64,000 nt of DNA from an uncultured Pelagibacteraceae bacterium (GTDB lineage: Bacteria > Pseudomonadota > Alphaproteobacteria > Pelagibacterales > Pelagibacteraceae). Below the pieces are notes generated by a model that saw only the letters and a program-made list of their open reading frames with translations, was not told the origin of the DNA and made no database searches. The first letter of the stretch is position 1. Every line of letters begins with the position of its first letter. The position numbers and the translations under genes were made by a program. Of the stretch, positions 57,227-64,000 are shown in pieces. The stretch lies in assembly GCA_902578325.1 (NCBI GenBank), contig CACHCM010000001.1, positions 19,439-83,438 of the forward strand, given 5' to 3'.

Positions 57227-57260
57227 CTAATTGACCAAAACTCAATAAAATTAAAATTAA

Positions 57261-59705
57261 CTAAATTTTTCTAAAATCTTTTGTATTTAGTGGTTTTGAC
57301 AGAATTTCGATTGGATATTTAATTTTCTCAACTTCTATGAACAAATTTTTATTTTTAAGCGTGTCTATAGTGCTTCCTGAGTTAACATAACCAAATGATA
57401 AATTTTTATCAAAGCAGAATGAATAATTTCCTGAGGTTGTTCTTCCAATTATTTTATCATCTAAATAAATAGGCTCTTCATGTAACAATAATGGTTCACC
57501 GGGTTTACTATCTTTTAAAGTAAACATCATCATTTTTTTGTCTAGTGGCTTATCTTTAATTTTTAACAAAGCATCTTTTCCAATAAAATTAATATTTTTC
57601 TTATAGCTAATTGTAAAATTTAAACCTGCTTGATACTGATTTTCTTCTGGAGAAATATCATGGCCCCAATGCATAAAACCACTTTCCATTCTCATTATGT
57701 CCATCGCATGCATTCCACAATGAGATAAATCAAAATTTTTACCCTCATCTATTAAAATTTTATATAATTTTAAAGCGTTTTCTTTATCAACATATAATTC
57801 AAATCCAAGTTCACCAACATAAGATATTCTTTGTGCCCAAACTTTAATATCTTGTATATTTATATTTTTACCTGTACCAAATTTAAAATTTTCAGAACTA
57901 AAATCATCACTACTCATGTTTTGAATCATATTTCTACTTTTAGGACCAAACAAACCAAGACAACAAATACTTTCTGTAACATCAAAAAATTTAACATCAT
58001 CAGATAAATATTTAAGTATATGGTATTTATCTCTTTCTCTAGTTGCTGCTGAACTTACTATTCTAAAATAATTTTTATAAATACAAACAACAGTTAGATC
58101 TGTTTCAATACCACCATCCTCGTTTAGCATATGTGTATAGGTAGATTTGCCAATTTCATTTTTAATGTTAGCTGTACAAATTTTTTGTAAATCGCTATGA
58201 ACTTTCTCACCTTTTAAATCAAATTTAGAAAAAGTTGAAAAATCAAATAGTCCAACATTTTTTCTAGCATTTATGGTTTCATGTTTTGCTGATGGATACC
58301 AATTTTGATAGTTAAAACTATATTCATATTCTGGTTTTTCTCCATTTAAGGAATACCACATAGGTCTTTCAAACCCTCCCGCTACACCAAAACATGCTCC
58401 AGCTTTTTTTAATTCTTTGTGATAAGGTAATAATTTTTCATTTCTTGAAGTTGAATGTTGTTTATACGGCCAATGCATACCGTATAAATCCCCTAAAGTT
58501 TCAGTAACCCTATTCATGATAAATTTTTTAGATGAATGAAGCTTTTGAAATCTTTTTATATCTAAAGAAAATAAATCTTCATTAATATGACCGTTAATCA
58601 TCCATTCCGCAGTTACTCTTCCTGCTCCTCCAGAACTTGCTATTCCAATACTATTGAAACCACAACACGTAAAAAGGTTTTTTACTTCTGGTGTTTCCCC
58701 AAGTAAATACTGTGTATCAGGTGTGAACGATTCAGGACCTGAAAAAAACTTTCTTATACCTGCGTTTCCTAACATTGGAAGTCTATGAAAAGATTTCTTA
58801 AGGTAAGGTTCAAAATGATCAAAATCATCAGGAAATTCTCCAAATGAAAAATCATCAGGAACTTTTCCACTATCTTTAAAAGCAGGTTTTGCATTAGGTT
58901 CGAAAATTCCAACTAACATTTTTCCAGCATCTTCTTTTAAGTATAGACATGCATTGTAATCCCTCAAAACAGGTAGATTTTTTGGAAGATCTTTCATTGG
59001 TTCTGTGATCACATAGAAGTGTTCATTAGGATATAGCGGAACACTAACACCAATATCTTCTCCAATTTGTCTAGACCACATACCTGTAGCTAAAACTATA
59101 TATTCACAATCAATTTTACCTTGAGAAGTTTCAACACCACATATTCTTTTATTTTTTACTAAAATTTTTTTTACTGGTGATTTCTCAAATATTTGAACAC
59201 CCAACATTTTTGCTGCTTTAGCCAATACATTGGTAACTCCAACAGGGTCTGCCTGACCATCTTTTGGCATAAAAACACCTCCAACTAAATCCTCATTTTT
59301 TAATACTGGATATAATTCTTTTATTCTTTCTTTGTTTAAAACCTCTACCTCAACATTTGAAAGTTGTGCAGTTGTGGCCTGTCTTAATAATTCCTGCATT
59401 CTTTCTTTGGAAGAAGCTACTGTTATTGCTCCATTCTGTTTAAGACCAGTTGATAAACCTGTGGTTTTTTCTAGCTCTTTGTAAAGATCTAAAGAATATT
59501 TTCTTAATTTAGTTATAGTAGAAGTAGCTCCCAATTGACCTATTAATCCTGCAGCATGCCATGTCGTTCCAGAAGTAAGTTGGTCTCTTTCTAATAAAAT
59601 TATATCTTTCCAGCCAAATTTAGCTAAATGATAAGCACAAGAAGTCCCAGCAACGCCACCACCTATTACAACTACCTTAGTGCTTGAAGGATAGTTTTTT
59701 TCCAT
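57261..59705 (-). CDS. Sarcosine/dimethylglycine dehydrogenase family (FAD plus GcvT/THF domains)
   Basis: IGGG..G, GTTWHAAG, GPESFTPD, ERP, SYVGELGFE, RME. Confidence 0.9.
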   Translation of the reverse strand: MEKNYPSSTKVVVIGGGVAGTSCAYHLAKFGWKDIILLERDQLTSGTTWHAAGLIGQLGATSTITKLRKYSLDLYKELEKTTGLSTGLKQNGAITVASSKERMQELLRQATTAQLSNVEVEVLNKERIKELYPVLKNEDLVGGVFMPKDGQADPVGVTNVLAKAAKMLGVQIFEKSPVKKILVKNKRICGVETSQGKIDCEYIVLATGMWSRQIGEDIGVSVPLYPNEHFYVITEPMKDLPKNLPVLRDYNACLYLKEDAGKMLVGIFEPNAKPAFKDSGKVPDDFSFGEFPDDFDHFEPYLKKSFHRLPMLGNAGIRKFFSGPESFTPDTQYLLGETPEVKNLFTCCGFNSIGIASSGGAGRVTAEWMINGHINEDLFSLDIKRFQKLHSSKKFIMNRVTETLGDLYGMHWPYKQHSTSRNEKLLPYHKELKKAGACFGVAGGFERPMWYSLNGEKPEYEYSFNYQNWYPSAKHETINARKNVGLFDFSTFSKFDLKGEKVHSDLQKICTANIKNEIGKSTYTHMLNEDGGIETDLTVVCIYKNYFRIVSSAATRERDKYHILKYLSDDVKFFDVTESICCLGLFGPKSRNMIQNMSSDDFSSENFKFGTGKNINIQDIKVWAQRISYVGELGFELYVDKENALKLYKILIDEGKNFDLSHCGMHAMDIMRMESGFMHWGHDISPEENQYQAGLNFTISYKKNINFIGKDALLKIKDKPLDKKMMMFTLKDSKPGEPLLLHEEPIYLDDKIIGRTTSGNYSFCFDKNLSFGYVNSGSTIDTLKNKNLFIEVEKIKYPIEILSKPLNTKDFRKI

Positions 59706-59707
59706 TT

Positions 59708-60826
59708 TTAATGTTTGATAGCTTCTCCAGGTTCAACAAAATTATGACCAAAAACTTCAGCAACTGCTTTATAAGTTACTTGACCTTTGTGAACATTTAA
59801 CCCTGCTAAAAAGTTTTTATCTTCACTTAATGCTTTTTGATAACCTTTGTTAGCAAGCTTAACTAAAAAAGGTAAAGTTGCATTATTTAATGCCAATGTT
59901 GAGGTTCTAGGTACACCTCCTGGCATATTTGCTACACAATAATGAACTACATCATCCACTATATAAGTTGGATCACCGTGTGTTGTAGGTTTACTAGTTT
60001 CTACACAGCCTCCTTGATCAATTGCAACATCAACAATTACTGATCCTCTTTTCATAGTCTTAATCATTTCTTTAGTAATTAATTTTGGTGCTTCAGCACC
60101 TGGAATTAATACTCCACCAACTAAAAGATCTGCTTCAGCAACTAATTTATCTAAATCAGTTTTATCACTTTGCTCTGGAATAATTTTATCTCCAAACATT
60201 TCAACAAGTTGTTTTAATCTAGCTTCAGATTTATCTACAATATGAACTTTTGCCTGCATGCCAGTTGCAATCACTGCAGCATTCTCTCCAACAACTCCTC
60301 CACCTAAAATAACCACTGTTCCACCTGTTACACCTGGCGCACCCCCTAGCAACAAACCTCTACCACTCTGATTTTTCTCTAAACAATGAGCACCAGCTTG
60401 TACTGACATTCTTCCTGCAACAGCACTCATAGGTGCAAGCAAAGGCAATCTTCCATTATCATCAGTTACTGTTTCGTAAGCAATATTAATACTTTTAGAT
60501 TTAATTAATCCTTCAGTTAATTCTTTTGCAGCAGCTAAATGGAGATAAGTATATACGATTTGATTTTCTCTAATCATATCTACTTCTACCTTTTGAGGTT
60601 CTTTAACTTTAACAATTATTTCTGCATCATTAAAAATGTCAGCTGCAGTATCAGCAATTTTAGCTCCTGCTTTTAAATATTGATCATTCTCAAATCCAGC
60701 TTCAAATCCACCATTATTTTCAACCAACACTTCATGACCTTCTGAAACTAAAGTTTTAACACTGTCAGGTGTTAAACCAACTCTATTTTCCTGAGGTTTT
60801 ATTTCTTTAGGAACTCCAATTTTCAT
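59708..60826 (-). CDS. ald: Alanine dehydrogenase
   Basis: GVPKEIK, KVKEP, YLHLAA, AIDQGGC, VANMPG. Confidence 0.97.
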   Translation of the reverse strand: MKIGVPKEIKPQENRVGLTPDSVKTLVSEGHEVLVENNGGFEAGFENDQYLKAGAKIADTAADIFNDAEIIVKVKEPQKVEVDMIRENQIVYTYLHLAAAKELTEGLIKSKSINIAYETVTDDNGRLPLLAPMSAVAGRMSVQAGAHCLEKNQSGRGLLLGGAPGVTGGTVVILGGGVVGENAAVIATGMQAKVHIVDKSEARLKQLVEMFGDKIIPEQSDKTDLDKLVAEADLLVGGVLIPGAEAPKLITKEMIKTMKRGSVIVDVAIDQGGCVETSKPTTHGDPTYIVDDVVHYCVANMPGGVPRTSTLALNNATLPFLVKLANKGYQKALSEDKNFLAGLNVHKGQVTYKAVAEVFGHNFVEPGEAIKH

Positions 60827-60835
60827 AAACGAAAA

Positions 60836-62182
60836 TTAATTCTTTTTACTTTTTGCGTAATTTGTTATTCCGGTTCGAAGTTTTTCAATAATCTCATCTA
60901 TGTGCTTTTTTTCACAAATAAACATTGGAGCGATGATTAAACAATCACCTGTAGCTTTGAAATTTACACCTGCTTCATAGCAATGTTTGAAGCAAGTAAA
61001 TCCTGCTGCACCTGGTTTTTTATCCATAACAATATCAATACCACCCATCATTCCATAACCTCTAATGTTATCAACAACATCAATATCTTTTAAAGACATC
61101 AGGCCTTCTTGGAAATATGGAGCTAAATTTTTAGCTCTATTAAAAATATCATCTTTTTCAATAATATCCTGTACGGCTAATCCAGCAGCTACAGAAATTG
61201 GAATTCCTGAATAAGTATATCCATGAAATAATTCAATCGTTCCTTTAGGAGCATTTTCTGCAATAGCATCATAAATATCTTCTTTACATGCAACAACTCC
61301 CATTGGACTAATTCCGTTTGTAGTAGCTTTTGCCATTGTCATCATGTCTGGAGTGACTCTATACTCTTGGGATGCAAATGGAGATCCTGTTCTTCCCCAA
61401 CCTGTTATCACTTCGTCAAAAATTAAAAGTATTCCGTGTTTATCACAAATCTCTCTTAATCTTTGTAAGTATCCTTTTGGTGGTACTAATGTACCTGTTG
61501 ATCCTGCAATAGGTTCAACAATACAAGCAGCAATATTTTCTGCTCCAAAATTCATACAAATTCTTTCTAAGTCTTCTGCTAACTCAACACCAGTTTCTGG
61601 TTGACCACTTACAAATTTATGCTCTGGTAAATGTGTATGTCTCATATGAACAACACCTGGCATTAAAACACTTGCAAAAGTTTTAACATTATTAACCATA
61701 CCCCCAACAGAAGTCGCTCCTATATTCATACCGTGGTAACCTCTTTCTCTACCAACAAATCTAAATCTTTGACTATCTCCTCTTGCTCTGTGATAAGCGA
61801 TTGCAATTTTAATTGCGGTTTCAACAGCTGTTGAACCACAAATAGTATAAAACATTCTATTTAAGTTTCCTGGAGTATGTTTTGAAATTCTTGTAGCTAA
61901 TTCAAATGATCCACCAAATCCTTGTTGGAAGGGTTGGCAATAATCTAAAGTTTTCAATTGATTTGTTATTGCTTCTATAATTTCTTCTCTACCATGACCT
62001 AAAGGATTACAAAATAGCCCTGAGCTTGCATCAATTTGTGTTTGTCCTTGATGGTTTTTTAAATACACACCTTTAGCTTCAACAATTAATCTTGGGTTCT
62101 CTTTAAAATCTTTGTTAGATGTAAATGGCATCCAATGCTCATTTAAAGAATTTGGAATTGCTGTTTTGTTTTGTGTACTCAT
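60836..62182 (-). CDS. Omega-amino acid (beta-alanine/taurine):pyruvate aminotransferase, class III
   Basis: HWMPFT, GYHG, EP, FDEVITG.GR, AK, HGYTYSG. Confidence 0.88.
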   Translation of the reverse strand: MSTQNKTAIPNSLNEHWMPFTSNKDFKENPRLIVEAKGVYLKNHQGQTQIDASSGLFCNPLGHGREEIIEAITNQLKTLDYCQPFQQGFGGSFELATRISKHTPGNLNRMFYTICGSTAVETAIKIAIAYHRARGDSQRFRFVGRERGYHGMNIGATSVGGMVNNVKTFASVLMPGVVHMRHTHLPEHKFVSGQPETGVELAEDLERICMNFGAENIAACIVEPIAGSTGTLVPPKGYLQRLREICDKHGILLIFDEVITGWGRTGSPFASQEYRVTPDMMTMAKATTNGISPMGVVACKEDIYDAIAENAPKGTIELFHGYTYSGIPISVAAGLAVQDIIEKDDIFNRAKNLAPYFQEGLMSLKDIDVVDNIRGYGMMGGIDIVMDKKPGAAGFTCFKHCYEAGVNFKATGDCLIIAPMFICEKKHIDEIIEKLRTGITNYAKSKKN

Positions 62183-62364
62183 AAAAATTTCTTTCTATAA
62201 AATATTTTAATTAAATCTTAAGGCCTCTTTAGACTAAAATAAATGGATTAACTACCACATTATTGACACAACCAATGATTGTATAACTTTTCTTTTTTGT
62301 TTTACTTCGGGGTCAATTTGAATTTAAATATCGATAATTTAATTAATTAAACATAGGGGAATAA

Positions 62365-63306
62365 ATGAAAAAAATACTAAGTTTTATTCTAGGATCTATT
62401 TTTGCACTTAACCTATCAATTTCAGTTGCTAATTCAGCTGCAAATGAAGTTAGAGTTGCATACTTTCTAGAATGGCCAAGCCCAAATCTAGAGGACATGC
62501 AGAAGAAAAATTTTGCTAAAGCTCTTGGTGTGCCAGTTAAATGGACTAACTTCACTAATGGTGGAGCAATGACTGATGCAATGTTAGCAGGAGATATAGA
62601 TATTTCTTACTCACAAGGATTAGTACCTTTTATCAATGCTGTAAAATCTAATGCACCTATTAAATTAGTTGATATTGCTATGGAATACGGAATGGGTGGA
62701 ACTACATGTGTTACATCTAATGCATCTGGAATTACAAAAGCAAACGCCACTGAATTAGAGGGTAAAAAAGTTGCTGTTCCACTTGGAACAATGGCTGAAT
62801 ACGTTTTTGATGAAAGTATGAAGGTTGTTGGTGCTGACAGAGGTAAAATGGACATCATTCAAATGGACCCAGAAGAAGGTGCTGCTGCATTAGTAAGTGG
62901 CGATGTTGTAATGGCATGTTTATTTGGTGGTAACTCTATCAAAGCTGCAACTGCAGTTGGATCAAGACTTTTAACTGTAGATGAAGCTAGAGCAGCTGGT
63001 ATCTTAGGTATAGATATAACTTCTGTTACAGATAAATTCATGAAAGAAAACCCAGGTATGTTAAGAACTTTCATCGAAGTAACTCATGAAGCTAATGCTA
63101 GATACAAAGCAGGTAAAGCTGACTTGAACGCGATGTCTAAAGCTTCAGAAATGAAAGTTTCAGATATGAAAGATACTTTGAGTGGATTTAAATTCTTAAC
63201 TCCAGAAGAAACTAAACAATCTATGACAAGTGGAAACCTAGATGCATTCCTAAAAGGTATGGGAACTCCAGGTGGAAACGTAGACACAAGTTTCTTACCT
63301 TTATAA
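62365..63306 (+). CDS. tauA: Taurine/sulfonate-type ABC binding protein
   Basis: Signal peptide, TauA/SsuA-like (LAGDIDI, GKKVAVP.GT); upstream of a TauB-type ATPase. Confidence 0.78.
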   Translation: MKKILSFILGSIFALNLSISVANSAANEVRVAYFLEWPSPNLEDMQKKNFAKALGVPVKWTNFTNGGAMTDAMLAGDIDISYSQGLVPFINAVKSNAPIKLVDIAMEYGMGGTTCVTSNASGITKANATELEGKKVAVPLGTMAEYVFDESMKVVGADRGKMDIIQMDPEEGAAALVSGDVVMACLFGGNSIKAATAVGSRLLTVDEARAAGILGIDITSVTDKFMKENPGMLRTFIEVTHEANARYKAGKADLNAMSKASEMKVSDMKDTLSGFKFLTPEETKQSMTSGNLDAFLKGMGTPGGNVDTSFLPL

Positions 63307-63327
63307 TTTTTTAGGGTTTAAAATTTT

Positions 63328-63365
63328 AAATAGGCGCTGATTTTATAATTGGTGCCTATTTTTTT
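63328..63365 (+). terminator. Hairpin plus U-tract after tauA
   Basis: AATAGGCGCTGA...TTGGTGCCTATT followed by a T run. Confidence 0.65.
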
Positions 63366-63390
63366 ACAAAATTTCTAATATAAAGAATTT

Positions 63391-64000
63391 ATGAGCGATC
63401 TAGTTTCTCAAAATTTAAATATGATTTTTAAAACTCCGAAAGGAGAAACTGTTCATGCTTTAAAAGATGTAAGTTTTACTCTCAAAAAAGGAGAATTACT
63501 TACAGTGCTTGGTCCCTCTGGTTGTGGAAAAACAACTTTACTAAATATTACCGCTGGATTTTTAAGACCTACCTCAGGAAAAATAACACTTAACAATAAC
63601 GAAATTGATGGACCCGGTGTCGAAAGAGGAATGGTTTTTCAACAAGGTGCTTTGTTTGAGTGGTTAACAGTTGCTGAGAATGTAAACTTCGGACTTAGAA
63701 TGAAAAAAGAAGATCCTCAAGTTACGGCAAAGAGAGTTGAAGAATGGTTAGATATAGTTGGGCTTAAAGGTTTTGGTAACACTCCTACTTATCAATTATC
63801 AGGTGGTATGCAGCAAAGAGTTGCTCTTGCAAGATGCTTAATAAACAATCCTGATTTAATTTTAATGGATGAACCATTAGGAGCTTTAGATGCATTAACT
63901 AGAGAAAAGATGCAGTCATTAGTTTTAAAAATTTGGAAAGAAACTGGAAAAACAATCATCTTAATAACACACTCTGTTGAAGAAGCATTGTTGCTTGGAG
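63391..64000 (+). CDS. tauB: Taurine/sulfonate/nitrate ABC ATPase (partial, runs off window)
   Basis: Translated manually: GPSGCGKT, VFQ, LSGGMQQRVALAR, LMDEPLGALD, ITHSVEEA. Confidence 0.88.
   Translation, partial: MSDLVSQNLNMIFKTPKGETVHALKDVSFTLKKGELLTVLGPSGCGKTTLLNITAGFLRPTSGKITLNNNEIDGPGVERGMVFQQGALFEWLTVAENVNFGLRMKKEDPQVTAKRVEEWLDIVGLKGFGNTPTYQLSGGMQQRVALARCLINNPDLILMDEPLGALDALTREKMQSLVLKIWKETGKTIILITHSVEEALLLG

Noticed and set aside
62229-62253. TAGACTAA/TGGATTAA imperfect direct repeat as a TauR-like operator
   Set aside because: Too degenerate, and no MocR/TauR regulator gene in the window
2902-63287. About 25 short antisense ORFs in the track (e.g. 2902-3156, 6460-6804, 27487-27873, 29411-29836, 30469-30750, 62607-63287)
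   Set aside because: They lie wholly or largely opposite well-supported genes, show shadow-frame composition and contain no motifs
1-64000. Prophage, IS element, CRISPR or defence system
   Set aside because: No integrase, transposase, phage structural, cas or restriction-type genes recognised; nearly all sequence is accounted for by housekeeping and metabolic genes

Overview
Very AT-rich, extremely gene-dense window typical of a streamlined marine alphaproteobacterium of the SAR11/Ca. Pelagibacter type (inferred from gene content, protein style and near-absent intergenic DNA). It is mostly core genome: purB-C-S-Q-L, bolA-grxD, rpsD, cimA, cysS, nadE, class II DAHP synthase, glmS plus a half-length glmU, prpDBC, nrdAB, dusA, rpoZ, tctABC, a polar amino acid ABC transporter, a speD-speE fusion, mtnP-mtnA-aldolase, apt/guaC/PRTase, a GcvT-family dehydrogenase, ald, an omega-aminotransferase and tauAB, plus tRNA-Leu(UAA) and tRNA-Met(CAU). 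No mobile element, prophage or CRISPR is evident. Most notable observations: (1) an unannotated ~90-nt structured RNA candidate with its own promoter and terminator, divergent from a gene encoding a ~317-residue Pro/Gly-free charged helix; (2) a glucosylglycerate synthesis pair (gpgP-gpgS); (3) a basic amino acid uptake-spermidine-MTA 'DHAP shunt'-purine salvage cluster; (4) NrdR-like boxes plus a perfect alphaproteobacterial LexA box upstream of nrdAB, and a perfect DnaA box upstream of guaC; (5) both tRNAs abut downstream start codons by 4-6 nt, and many genes look leaderless. All calls come from reading the sequence and recognising motifs; no database searches were run.
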